Of a stretch of DNA of 64,000 nucleotides, positions 1-8,793 are shown in pieces. The translations under genes were made by a program, and so were the position numbers. The notes beneath the pieces are model-generated. The model searched no databases. It was given only the letters and a program-made list of their open reading frames with translations, and had not been told where the DNA came from. Every line of letters begins with the position of its first letter. Position 1 is the stretch's first letter. The stretch spans positions 2,731,006 through 2,795,005 of the forward strand of contig CAWHBD010000001.1 of the NCBI GenBank assembly GCA_963827505.1, given 5' to 3'. The DNA is from an uncultured Candidatus Rokubacteria bacterium (GTDB lineage Bacteria; Methylomirabilota; Methylomirabilia; Rokubacteriales; CSP1-6).

Positions 1-2
1 TC

Positions 3-353
3 CGCGTCGAGGAGGTCCTGGCCGGCAACCAGGAAGGGGCGATGGCGCAGGTCAAGAGCCGTCGCGTCGACGCGGCGGCGGTCAACTCGCGCTTTCTCGC
101 ACAGTACTCCGAGCGCGAGGGCGTTCAGTTTCGCGCGATCTACACCTCCGATCCCTATCCGGAGCTGGCGGTCATCGCGAACCCTCGGGTGCCGGCCGCC
201 GTCGTCGACAAAGTGCGGCAGGCGCTGCTCGCGATGAAGACGGATCCGCTCGCGAGTCCCGTCCTCGAGCAGGCCACCTCCCCCGGCTTCGAACCGGCGA
301 CCGACCGCGACTACGACGGCGTTCGCCGGATCTATCGACTGATCAGTCAATGA
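3..353 (+). CDS. PhnD/SsuA-type periplasmic substrate-binding protein, C-terminal part (5' end outside window)
   Basis: Frame is open from the window edge. The segments DAAAVNS and YPELAVIANPRVPAAVVDKVRQALLAM resemble phosphonate-binding-family C-termini. The stop overlaps the kinase start (ATGA). Confidence 0.6.
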   Translation, partial: RVEEVLAGNQEGAMAQVKSRRVDAAAVNSRFLAQYSEREGVQFRAIYTSDPYPELAVIANPRVPAAVVDKVRQALLAMKTDPLASPVLEQATSPGFEPATDRDYDGVRRIYRLISQ

Positions 354-3300
354 CCCGAAGCCTCCGGACCCTCCTGCTCGGCCTCACCAGCCTGGCTGTC
401 GTGCTCGTCACGCTCGGCGACCTCACGATCAACGTGAAGATGCGCACGGACACCGCGCGGCACCAGCTGACGGAGACCACCCAGCGCATGCTCGCGGCCA
501 GCCAGCCGCTGCTCCTCGGCGCGCTGGTGGTCGGCGATCTGGCCAGCGCCGAGCAGACGGTTCGCAATCTCAACGCCGGCCGGGTCTGGCGCCGGGTGCG
601 CCTCTACGAGCCCGACGGCCGGACGCTCATCTTCGATGCCTCCCCCGAGAAGCGGACCGACCACAGCGTGCCCGAGTGGTTCGGGCGACTTCTCCGCCTC
701 GATCTCTCCGAGGCGAGAGTCGACATCACCGCTCCGCCCACGGTCTACGCGGTGCTCGCCGTCGTCCCGTCGGCGGAGGAGGTGAGCCGGGCGCTCTGGC
801 AGGAAACGCGCACGATGGTCACGCTCGCCGTCGTACTCCTGGCCACGCTGATCGTGGTGCTGCACGTGATCCTCGCCTACGGCCTGCGCTCGGTCCGGAA
901 GCTCGGCGAGATCGCCGCGCGTTTCGGCGCCGGCGACCTCACCGTCCGCATGCCGGAGACGCGGGTCACCGAGCTGGCGCCGACCATGCGGGCGTTCAAT
1001 GCGATGGCGCAGAACCTCGAGGGCCTGATGGTCGAGCTGCAGGCCAAGGAGGCCGCCAACCGATCGCTGGCGGCGGGCGTCGAGCAAGCCGAGGAGGCCA
1101 TCCTGACCCTCGACCTGGAGCGCCGCGTCACCAGCTGGAACGTCGGCGCCCGCCGGCTCTTCGGCCGGCCGGCCGAGGCGATGATCGGGCATCCGATCGC
1201 CACCATCTTCGACGGCGAGGACGCCGATGCGGATCGGTTGGCCACCAGCCTGATCGAGACCCGGCTCCCCGAGCGGTTGGAGTTCACCCTGACCCGTCCG
1301 GACGGCTCGACATCGGTGGCCGCGTCGGCCTCCCAGCTGCATGACGAGAGCGGCCATCACGCGGGCTACATCGTGGTCGCCCGCGACGTCACCATGCGCC
1401 GGGCGGCCGAGCGGGCGCTCCGGCAGGCGAAGGAGGCCGCCGAGGCCGCGAATCGGGCCAAGGCCGAGTTCCTGGCCACGATGAGCCACGAGATCCGGAC
1501 GCCGATGAACGGCGTCCTCGGCATGAACGAGCTGCTGCTCGGCTCCGACCTCACGGCCGAGCAGCGGGAGTGCGCGACCCTGGTGCAGACCTCGGCCCAG
1601 GCGCTCCTGCAGGTGATCAACGACATCCTGGACTTCTCGAAGATCGAGGCGGGTCGCATCGAGCTGGAGACGCTCTCCTTCGACCTTCGTGCCACCGTGG
1701 GCCGGGCGCTCAAGCCGCTCGCCCTCCGCGCCCACGAGAAGGGGCTCGAGCTCGTGTGCGCCGTGCACCCGGCCGTGCCCGAGCACGTTGTCGGTGACCC
1801 GGGCCGCCTGCGGCAGGTGCTAGTCAACCTCGTGGGCAACGCGGTGAAGTTCACCGAGCAGGGCGAGGTGGTGGTCCGAATCGAGCTCCAGGGGACCGAG
1901 GCGGACGACGTCGTCCTCCACATCGTCGTGCGCGACACCGGGGTCGGTGTCCCCGCCGCCAAGCGCGACCTGATCTTCGACGCGTTCACGCAGGCCGATA
2001 GCTCCACGACCCGCCGCTTCGGAGGAACCGGTCTCGGGCTGGCGATCACCAAGCGGCTCGTCCAGCTCATGGGTGGGCGCATCTGGCTGGAGAGCGAGGA
2101 CGGCCGCGGGAGCGCCTTCCACTTCACGGCCCGGTTTGCCGTCGGCACCGCGGCGACGGTCGTCCTCGCCGGGCCACGAGAGCTCGACGGGTTGCCGGTC
2201 CTCGTCGTCGACGACAACGCGACGAGCCGACGCATGCTCGCGGAGATGCTCGGTGCCTGGCGGTTGACGCCCCAGGTCGTCGACAGCGGCGAGGCTGCCC
2301 TGGCGGCCCTGGAGACGCCCACACGGAAGGAGCCGATCCCGGCACTCATCATCACCGACCACGAGATGCCCGGGATCGATGGCATCGCCCTCACCAAGCG
2401 GCTGAAGGCCAACTCGGCGCTCGCTGGCATCCGGATCGTGATGTTGTCCTCGTCGAACCTTCCCCAGGACGTGACCCGCGCCAGGCGGGCCGGCGTCGAG
2501 GTGTTCCTGTCCAAGCCGGTCGGCCAGTCCGAGCTGCTGGACGCGATCATGTCCGTGTTCGCCCCGACCCTGGCGCCGCCGACCGCCATGCCGGCAGCGG
2601 CCTCCCGCATCGCGCCGGCGGCGGGCGGGAGCGGCTTGCGTGTGCTGATCGCCGAAGACAACGTGGTGAACCAGCGGGTGGCCTCCGGGCTGCTCCAGCG
2701 ACGGGGCCATCGCGCCGTCGTGGTGGGCACCGGCCGCGCCGCGCTCGAGGCTCTCGAGTCGCAGCCCTTCGATGTGGTCCTCATGGACATCGAGATGCCC
2801 GAGCTGGACGGCTTCGAGGCCACCGCTGCCATCCGGGCCTACGAGAAGGAGATCCGGAGTGGCGCCCGTCCGGTCCCGACCGGCAACGCCTACGCAGTAG
2901 CCCGCGACCGTGACCGCCGGATCCCGATCGTCGCGCTGACGGCCCACGCCATGAAGGGGATGCAGGAGCGCTGCCTGGCCGCGAAGATGGACGCGTATGT
3001 GTCCAAGCCGGTCCGGGCCGAGACCCTGGACGCGGCCCTGGCGCCGTTCATCCCCGCGGCCGCCGTGGCCATCGCCGAGGACGCTCGGGCGGCGATCGAT
3101 CGCGCCGCGGCGCTGCGTGCCGTCGGCGGCGACGAGGCGCTCCTGACAGACCTGATGCAACTGTTCCTGGAGGACTGCCCGGCGCGCGTCGCCGACCTGC
3201 GGGCCGCCGCCGCCAGCGGGGACCTCGCCCACGTCCAGCGCGCCGCCCATGCCGTCAAGGGTTCGGTGGGGACGTTCGGAGCACAGCTCGCCCGCGATCT

Positions 3301-3457
3301 CGCTGCGGATCTGGAGCGCGCCGGCCGGGAAGAGCGCCTGGGAGAGGTACCGGTGATGCTCGCCGCACTGGAGGCCGAGCTGGAGCGCGTGAACCGCGCC
3401 CTCCGTGCCGATCGCGCCGGCGGCACCGAGGCGACCCTCGACCTCGCAACCGGCTAG
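350..3457 (+). CDS. Hybrid sensor histidine kinase (TM-HAMP-PAS-HisKA-HATPase-REC-REC-Hpt)
   Basis: H-box FLATMSHEIRTPMNG, N-box LVNLVGNAVKFT, G boxes DTGVG and FGGTGLGLAI, two receivers (ITDHEMP, LMDIEMP), and Hpt AAHAVKGS. Confidence 0.95.
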   Translation: MTRSLRTLLLGLTSLAVVLVTLGDLTINVKMRTDTARHQLTETTQRMLAASQPLLLGALVVGDLASAEQTVRNLNAGRVWRRVRLYEPDGRTLIFDASPEKRTDHSVPEWFGRLLRLDLSEARVDITAPPTVYAVLAVVPSAEEVSRALWQETRTMVTLAVVLLATLIVVLHVILAYGLRSVRKLGEIAARFGAGDLTVRMPETRVTELAPTMRAFNAMAQNLEGLMVELQAKEAANRSLAAGVEQAEEAILTLDLERRVTSWNVGARRLFGRPAEAMIGHPIATIFDGEDADADRLATSLIETRLPERLEFTLTRPDGSTSVAASASQLHDESGHHAGYIVVARDVTMRRAAERALRQAKEAAEAANRAKAEFLATMSHEIRTPMNGVLGMNELLLGSDLTAEQRECATLVQTSAQALLQVINDILDFSKIEAGRIELETLSFDLRATVGRALKPLALRAHEKGLELVCAVHPAVPEHVVGDPGRLRQVLVNLVGNAVKFTEQGEVVVRIELQGTEADDVVLHIVVRDTGVGVPAAKRDLIFDAFTQADSSTTRRFGGTGLGLAITKRLVQLMGGRIWLESEDGRGSAFHFTARFAVGTAATVVLAGPRELDGLPVLVVDDNATSRRMLAEMLGAWRLTPQVVDSGEAALAALETPTRKEPIPALIITDHEMPGIDGIALTKRLKANSALAGIRIVMLSSSNLPQDVTRARRAGVEVFLSKPVGQSELLDAIMSVFAPTLAPPTAMPAAASRIAPAAGGSGLRVLIAEDNVVNQRVASGLLQRRGHRAVVVGTGRAALEALESQPFDVVLMDIEMPELDGFEATAAIRAYEKEIRSGARPVPTGNAYAVARDRDRRIPIVALTAHAMKGMQERCLAAKMDAYVSKPVRAETLDAALAPFIPAAAVAIAEDARAAIDRAAALRAVGGDEALLTDLMQLFLEDCPARVADLRAAAASGDLAHVQRAAHAVKGSVGTFGAQLARDLAADLERAGREERLGEVPVMLAALEAELERVNRALRADRAGGTEATLDLATG

Positions 3458-3469
3458 TCGTCCGCGATC

Positions 3470-3862
3470 TTACTCTTCGGACCTGGCGGACCGACGTCGC
3501 CCCGCCACCGACACCAGCACGATCAGCTGGCGCATGTCGATGGGCTTGCTCAGGACCGCCAGGAAGCCGGTGCTGGCCCGGTCCGGCATCCCGGTGATGG
3601 CAATCGCCGGGGTCTGGAACCCCCGGGCCCGCAGCTCGGTGAGGGTGTCGTTGCCCGACATCCCGGGCATCAGGATATCGAGCAGGACCACATCCGCCGC
3701 AAAGCTGGAGAGCCGGTCGAGGGCCTCTTTGCCGCTGGCCACCGTCGCCACTTCGTAGCCGCCCGAAATCGTCAAGAGATCGTTGAGCATCTGGAGGACG
3801 GACGGCTCATCGTCGGCGATGAGCACCCGAACCGGTGCTGCCTCGGTTTGCATGGTCGTCAT
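3470..3862 (-). CDS. Single-domain response regulator (REC)
   Basis: LIADDE, VLLDILMPGMSG and LSKP motifs. Start taken at MTTMQ. Confidence 0.85.
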   Translation of the reverse strand: MTTMQTEAAPVRVLIADDEPSVLQMLNDLLTISGGYEVATVASGKEALDRLSSFAADVVLLDILMPGMSGNDTLTELRARGFQTPAIAITGMPDRASTGFLAVLSKPIDMRQLIVLVSVAGRRRSARSEE

Positions 3863-3955
3863 CGTTAGATCCTTCGAGTGTCGCGGACCGGACGTTCGAA
3901 ACCAAAGCAGAAACGGCGTCGCGGCCATGCGGGCGGCGACTACGGTCGGTAAGGG

Positions 3956-4030
3956 TGGTGGCGGTGGGAGGAATTGAACCTCCGACACGGGGCTTATGAG
4001 ACCCCTGCTCTGCCGCTGAGCTACACCGCC
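3956..4030 (-). tRNA. tRNA with CAU anticodon, probably elongator tRNA-Met
   Basis: GGCGGTGTAGCTCAGCGGCAGAGCAGGGGTCTCATAAGCCCCGTGTCGGAGGTTCAATTCCTCCCACCGCCACCA folds into a cloverleaf with encoded CCA. G1-C72 is paired, so it is not an initiator. Ile2 is not fully excluded. Confidence 0.93.
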
Positions 4031-4255
4031 GTGGCTAGGAAACTCGCGCAGTTGCGGAGGGGAATTTTACCGTACCGACAGCCCTCGTGCCGAAAAACGT
4101 GGCTCTCGGTTCTACCTTTTGCGCCGGGCCCGGCGAGCCCACCCACCCTCGCGCGGGGGCGCAACGTTTGCTATATAATCCGCTCGGGCGAACGACGGAA
4201 GGCCCGATTCGACGGCACATACGTCTGGCCGGGTACGGCTCGGAGGAATCTTCAC

Positions 4256-4567
4256 ATGCAGCTCCGCACGACTCCTTGGCAAGACGAGACTGTGCTCCGC
4301 AGCAACGATGTCGAGGACGATGACGACGGGTTCGAGGACGACGACGCCGTGGACGACGAGGACGACGACGACCTGGACGACGACGAGGACGACGAAGACG
4401 ACGCCGACCCGGACGCCGAAGACGAGGAGGACGAACTCGACGACGACCTAGAGGACGATCTCGACGACGACGAGCTCGACGAGGATGACGAGGAGGATGA
4501 CGACGACGACGAGGATGACGACGAGCTCGACGACGACGAGGATGACGACGATGACGACGACGAGTAG
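4256..4567 (+). CDS. Asp/Glu-rich low-complexity hypothetical protein (103 aa)
   Basis: GGAGG RBS at about 4242, ATG at 4256, TATAAT at 4174-4179. Roughly 70 of the last 86 residues are D/E. Confidence 0.7.
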   Translation: MQLRTTPWQDETVLRSNDVEDDDDGFEDDDAVDDEDDDDLDDDEDDEDDADPDAEDEEDELDDDLEDDLDDDELDEDDEEDDDDDEDDDELDDDEDDDDDDDE

Positions 4568-4597
4568 CTCCCCTCTCGACTAGGAGGCCCGCGGGCA

Positions 4598-5347
4598 ATG
4601 GCACTACTCAGTGGTGACGGCTGGCTGTTCCTCCTGCGATGGTTTCACTTTCTCGCTGGTATCACCTGGATCGGCATGCTGTACTACTTCAACTTCGTTC
4701 AGACCCCCTTCTTCGGCAGCAAGTTCGTGGCGGACAACGCAACCGTGCGCAGCGGCATCGTCCGCGGCGGTCTCCTGAACTCGGCCCTGTGGTGGTTCCG
4801 CTGGGGCGCCATGTTCACCTTCATCACAGGCTGGCTCTACATCCTACACGTGGCCTTCGCGAAGTACGGCGGGCTCCGGGAGTTCGCGGCGAGCTCGTAC
4901 GGCTGGAAGATCTTCTTCGGCGGCATGCTCGGTAGCACCATGTGGGCGAACGTCTGGTTCGTGATCTGGCCCGGTCAGCAGGTCGTCATGGCCTCGGCCG
5001 AGCAGGTGGCGACCGGCGGCCAGGCCATCCCGGATGCCGCCGCCAAGGGCGCGCGGGCAGGCCTCGCATCGCGGACGAACACGATGCTATCGATTCCGAT
5101 GCTGTTCTTCATGGCCGCGGCCTCGCACCTGGCGATGGCCGACCCGGCCGGCAGCGGTCAGAAGTGGGGTGCGCTCATCCTGCTCGCGATCGTCATCATC
5201 GCCGCCGAGATCAACGCGCTGGTCGGGCCGGCCGCTCCGCCCTCCGGCGGTAAGAAGATGCTGGCGACGCTGAAGGGTACCTTCTGGGCGGGCTTCATCC
5301 TGACGGTCATCCTGTACGTCGTCCTGGTATTCCTCTTCGGCAAGTAA
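4598..5347 (+). CDS. PuuD/DUF989-like (urate hydroxylase N-domain) membrane protein
   Basis: N-terminal LRWFHFLAGITWIGMLYYFNFVQ, plus MWANVWFVIWPGQQ and SRTNTMLSIPMLFFM; several TM helices. Confidence 0.75.
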   Translation: MALLSGDGWLFLLRWFHFLAGITWIGMLYYFNFVQTPFFGSKFVADNATVRSGIVRGGLLNSALWWFRWGAMFTFITGWLYILHVAFAKYGGLREFAASSYGWKIFFGGMLGSTMWANVWFVIWPGQQVVMASAEQVATGGQAIPDAAAKGARAGLASRTNTMLSIPMLFFMAAASHLAMADPAGSGQKWGALILLAIVIIAAEINALVGPAAPPSGGKKMLATLKGTFWAGFILTVILYVVLVFLFGK

Positions 5348-5368
5348 CGCGAGGCGGGACGAGTCTCG

Positions 5369-5399
5369 ACGGGCCCGGCGCCGATGGCGCCGGGCCCGT
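5369..5399. terminator. Perfect 14-bp hairpin between convergent genes (likely bidirectional terminator)
   Basis: ACGGGCCCGGCGCC-GAT-GGCGCCGGGCCCGT. Confidence 0.7.
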
Positions 5400-5417
5400 T
5401 CGCGTTTCGGGCGGCGC

Positions 5418-5735
5418 CTACTTCACGAACTCGGCGAGGGCGTCGATGTCGCCCGCCACCTGGGGCTGGGGCGGCATCACCGCCGTGGGCCGCTTGGGCG
5501 TGTAGCCCGGTGGGTAGGTCCCCTTCAGCACCTTCGCCTCCAGCAGCGCCCGCGAGGAACCCTTGACGGGCGGCCCGACCGGGCCCGACTGGGCGGGGTC
5601 GAACGCGTGGCAGGCGGTGCACTGGGAGACGAAGACCTGGCGGCCCCGCTCGGCCAGGGGGCTGAGCTTCTCGCCCTGGCACGCCGCCAGGGTGAGCGCC
5701 GCCCCGGCGAGCATCAGGGTCCGCGCTCGGCTCAC
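5418..5735 (-). CDS. Monoheme c-type cytochrome lipoprotein
   Basis: Lipobox LAAC, heme motif CTACH, distal Met in AVMPP. The GTG start overlaps the DUF3501 stop. Confidence 0.85.
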   Translation of the reverse strand: MSRARTLMLAGAALTLAACQGEKLSPLAERGRQVFVSQCTACHAFDPAQSGPVGPPVKGSSRALLEAKVLKGTYPPGYTPKRPTAVMPPQPQVAGDIDALAEFVK

Positions 5736-6313
5736 GTGAAGTCCTCGGCCAGACGCCGCCGGACGGCCGGGGCCAGCACGGTACGGCCGCGATCGCCGGG
5801 GTGGTCGACGACGAGCGCGACCTCGGAATCGGCGAACGCCCGGCGGGCGGCCGGCGGCAGCGCGAACCGCACGAAGTGGACAGCCGAGAGCTTGCCGCGC
5901 TCCTCGTCGGAGTGGCCGGCCTCGAACACACCGGGCACCGCGGCGGCGCCCACCTGGAGCCGGACGTGGTCGCCGACGTCGATGCCGAGCAGCGTGTCGA
6001 GCACGGGCTTGATCTGCGCGGACTCGGCGATCTCGATGAACATGGTCGCGGCCAGCTCGCCCGGCCGCGGCAGCAGTCCGTTGTAGACCTCGACCTCCTC
6101 GGCGATCCGGCCCTCGTCCACGATCCGCTCGGCCCGGACCATCTCCTGGATCTGGAACCACACGGTCTCGCGGTTCTCGAAGACGAACGAGAGGTAGCGG
6201 CCCACTTCGACCCGGCGCTCGCTCTTGAGCGCGATGATCGCCCGTCGGCGGGCCTCGCGGACCCTCTCGTAGTCGTACAGGTTCAGGATCTCGCTCGTCT
6301 CCACCGGCCTCAT
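5732..6313 (-). CDS. DUF3501 family protein
   Basis: FENRETVWFQIQEMVRAERI and KLSAVHFVRF motifs, in the typical position after the FeS oxidoreductase. Confidence 0.85.
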   Translation of the reverse strand: MRPVETSEILNLYDYERVREARRRAIIALKSERRVEVGRYLSFVFENRETVWFQIQEMVRAERIVDEGRIAEEVEVYNGLLPRPGELAATMFIEIAESAQIKPVLDTLLGIDVGDHVRLQVGAAAVPGVFEAGHSDEERGKLSAVHFVRFALPPAARRAFADSEVALVVDHPGDRGRTVLAPAVRRRLAEDFT

Positions 6314-7602
6314 GGATCGTCGATCCCGTAGGCCTGGGCCAGCACCTGGATGGGATGGCGCGGCACGGTGCCGGTGCCCTGGGCGATCTGCAGCGCCGCC
6401 AGCGGGCAGTCGGTCGCCACCGTGGCCGCACCGGCCGTGCGGACAGCGTCGAAGAGTGGTTTGGCCACCTTCATCGAGAGGTCGAAGTACTGCGTCTTGA
6501 AGCCCCAGGTTCCGTCGACGGCCGAGCACCGCTCGATCACCGTGACCTCGGTACCGGGAATCGCGCGCAGCACGTCGGCCGACCGAGTTCCGATGTTCTG
6601 GGCCCGCAGGTGGCAGGGCACGTGGTACGTGACCGCTCCCACCGACCGGGGGAAGCGCGTGTCGAGGGCGCCGTCGGCGTGCAGCCGGGCCAGGTACTCG
6701 AAGAGGTCGCGGGTGTTGGCGGCGACGAGGCGTGCGTCGTCGGAGCCGTCGATCCACGGGTACTCCTGCTTGAGCATGTAGCTGCAGGTCGGTCCCGGCG
6801 AGACGATCTCGCGCCCCTCCCGCACGGCCGCGGCCAGCGTGTGCACGTTGTCGCGGATGAGCGCGCGGCACTGGTCGACGGCGCCACCATCGAGGTACGG
6901 CATCCCGCAGCAGCGCTGCTCGGGCACGCTGACGTCGACGCCGTTGCGCTCGAGCACCCGTACCGCCGCCCGGCCGATGGCCGGCGCGTTGTACTCGACG
7001 CTGCACGTCGCGAACAGCGCGACCTTGCGGGTGGCCGTCCGCCCGCCCTCGGCCGCCGCCGGCTTGGCCGTCGACCTGAACCACGAGGAGAATGTCGGCC
7101 GATGGAACTTCGGCAGCCGCCGGTCACGATGGATCCCGGCCACCGCCTGCATGAAGGCTCGGTGCACGGCCAGTTTGTTCATCCAGTTGGACAGCGGTGC
7201 CGTGAGGCTGCCGAGCGTGCCGACCAGGTCGGCGTTGCCCAGCATCCGGTCCTGCAGCGTGACGCCGCTACGGCGCGCCTCGGCCGCCCGGGCCCGCAGC
7301 ATCAGCCGGGGAAAGTCGACGGCCCACCGGTGCGGCGGCGTGTACGGGCAGTGGTTGTAGCAGAGCTTGCACTGGTAACAGAGGTCGACCACTTCCTTGA
7401 TGTCCGCCGACGGCAGCTTGTCGATGTCACCGTCGACAGCATCCCCGTCCAGCCGATCGAACATCACCTTGAACGACGGACACAGCGGCAGGCACCGCCG
7501 ACACCCCCCACAGATGTCGTACACCCGCCGCAACTCCACCTCGACCTTCCCCAGATCCCAAAACTCCGGCCTCCTCAGATCGAGCGCCGGATCGTCAGAC
7601 AT
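6310..7602 (-). CDS. GlpC/HdrD-like Fe-S oxidoreductase (rubrerythrin-associated)
   Basis: Two 4Fe-4S motifs (CGGCRRCLPLCP, CYQCKLCYNHCP) and CCG domains (RCCGMP, HVPCH). Confidence 0.88.
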   Translation of the reverse strand: MSDDPALDLRRPEFWDLGKVEVELRRVYDICGGCRRCLPLCPSFKVMFDRLDGDAVDGDIDKLPSADIKEVVDLCYQCKLCYNHCPYTPPHRWAVDFPRLMLRARAAEARRSGVTLQDRMLGNADLVGTLGSLTAPLSNWMNKLAVHRAFMQAVAGIHRDRRLPKFHRPTFSSWFRSTAKPAAAEGGRTATRKVALFATCSVEYNAPAIGRAAVRVLERNGVDVSVPEQRCCGMPYLDGGAVDQCRALIRDNVHTLAAAVREGREIVSPGPTCSYMLKQEYPWIDGSDDARLVAANTRDLFEYLARLHADGALDTRFPRSVGAVTYHVPCHLRAQNIGTRSADVLRAIPGTEVTVIERCSAVDGTWGFKTQYFDLSMKVAKPLFDAVRTAGAATVATDCPLAALQIAQGTGTVPRHPIQVLAQAYGIDDP

Positions 7603-7661
7603 GGTCGATGCTCCGAGTCGTGGCGTGCGGCATGGAAGAGGAGGTGATCAGCTCCGCCCGA

Positions 7662-7843
7662 GGGCGCACGGGTGGGGCGGGCCGAGGTGGTGGGCTGGGT
7701 TCGTGCAACCCGTTTCCCGCCAAGCCTGACCGCGCGCCCCCCCGGCCGGATGGAGCCCAGCCAAGGCGGCCTCGAGTCGGTCTCCGCCCTCGTGGTTGCA
7801 CGAACCCCAGCCCACCACCTCGGCCCGCCCCACCCGCGCGCCC
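7662..7843. repeat. Long inverted repeat (about 50-bp arms, 83-bp spacer) filling the intergenic gap; MITE/REP-like
   Basis: 7662-7710 GGGCGCACGGGTGGGGCGGGCCGAGGTGGTGGGCTGGGTTCGTGCAACC is the near-perfect reverse complement of 7794-7843. Confidence 0.85.
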
Positions 7844-7850
7844 GGGGTAG

Positions 7851-8300
7851 CTAGATCGCGTCCGCCGGCTCCTTGCCCGCCACCTGGGTGAGACCCTTGC
7901 CGAACCGCCCGGCGTGCGACTTCTCAGCCTTGGCCAGCGTCTCGAACCACTCGGCCAGCTCGGCCAGCCCCTCGTCGCGGGCGGTCTTCGCCATGCCGGG
8001 GTACATCTGCGTGTACTCGTACGTCTCGCCGGCCACCGCAGCCTTGAGGTTCTTCTCGGTCTTGCCGATTGGCTCGCCGGTGGCGGGGTCGCCGACCTCC
8101 TTCAGGAAGTCCAGATGGCCGAAAGCGTGGCCGGTCTCGGCGTCCGCGGTGTCCTTGAAGAGGCCCGCGATGTCCGGATATCCCTCGATGTCCGCCACTC
8201 GCGCGAAGTACAGGTAGCGGCGGTTGGCTTGTGACTCGCCCGCGAACGCTTCCTTGAGGTTCTCGAAGCTCTTGGTCCCCTTCAGGCTTCGCCCTGCCAT
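7851..8300 (-). CDS. rbr: Rubrerythrin (short type lacking the rubredoxin domain)
   Basis: AFAGESQANRRY, ETGHAFGH, GETYEYTQMYP and EKSHA diiron motifs. Confidence 0.92.
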   Translation of the reverse strand: MAGRSLKGTKSFENLKEAFAGESQANRRYLYFARVADIEGYPDIAGLFKDTADAETGHAFGHLDFLKEVGDPATGEPIGKTEKNLKAAVAGETYEYTQMYPGMAKTARDEGLAELAEWFETLAKAEKSHAGRFGKGLTQVAGKEPADAI

Positions 8301-8770
8301 TGGATCCTCCTTGCCGGTCGACGGGTGAGACCGCGGCGGCCCCGGCAGGCTCCGCAGCGGCCGTAGAACTCGATGCGCTGCACCAGCACCTCGAACCCGG
8401 TGCGCGACGCCACCCGGGCGCGGACGCCCCGGGCGTCGGCGGCCGGCACGTCGTAGATGCGCCCGCAGGCCACGCAGGTGAAGTGGTCGTGCGGCGCGGT
8501 GTTGCCGTCGAAGCGCATGCCCGCGAGGTCAGCCCGCTCGGTGAGCAGGCCCTCGGCAGCGAGCATGCGGAGGTTGCGGTAGACCGTGGCCAGGCTCACC
8601 CGGGGCAGCCGGCGCCGCACCAGCCGGTAGACGGCGGCGGCCGAGGGATGGGCGTCGGTGGCGCGCACGAGGTCGAGGATGACCTGCCGGGGGCGCGTGA
8701 GACGCTTGCCCCGCGCGTGCAGCGCGGCGGCGTGCGTGCGCTGGCCGACCGGGGCCTTCTTGGGAATCAT
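8282..8770 (-). CDS. perR: Fur-family regulator, PerR-like
   Basis: HPSA, SLATVYRNL, HDHFTCVACG and CGAC motifs; lies directly upstream of rubrerythrin. Confidence 0.85.
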   Translation of the reverse strand: MIPKKAPVGQRTHAAALHARGKRLTRPRQVILDLVRATDAHPSAAAVYRLVRRRLPRVSLATVYRNLRMLAAEGLLTERADLAGMRFDGNTAPHDHFTCVACGRIYDVPAADARGVRARVASRTGFEVLVQRIEFYGRCGACRGRRGLTRRPARRIQWQGEA

Positions 8771-8776
8771 TCTCAA
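8760..8776. promoter_or_regulatory. Fur/Per box-like palindrome overlapping the perR start
   Basis: TTGAGAATGATTCCCAA, 8-1-8 dyad with one mismatched pair. Confidence 0.7.
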
Positions 8777-8793
8777 GTGGAAGCGGCGGCCGA

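Noticed and set aside
3956-4030. tRNA as the attachment site of a genomic island
   Set aside because: No integrase, no duplicated tRNA 3' end in the window and no compositional break.
4310-4565. GACGACGAC repeats as a CRISPR array or microsatellite
   Set aside because: There is no repeat-spacer structure; the periodicity is explained by acidic codons with synonymous variation.
4035-4604. Arg/Pro-rich 189-aa ORF on the minus strand
   Set aside because: It is the shadow of the Asp/Glu codons on the plus strand. The same applies to the many long Arg/Gly/Pro-rich antisense ORFs throughout this high-GC window.
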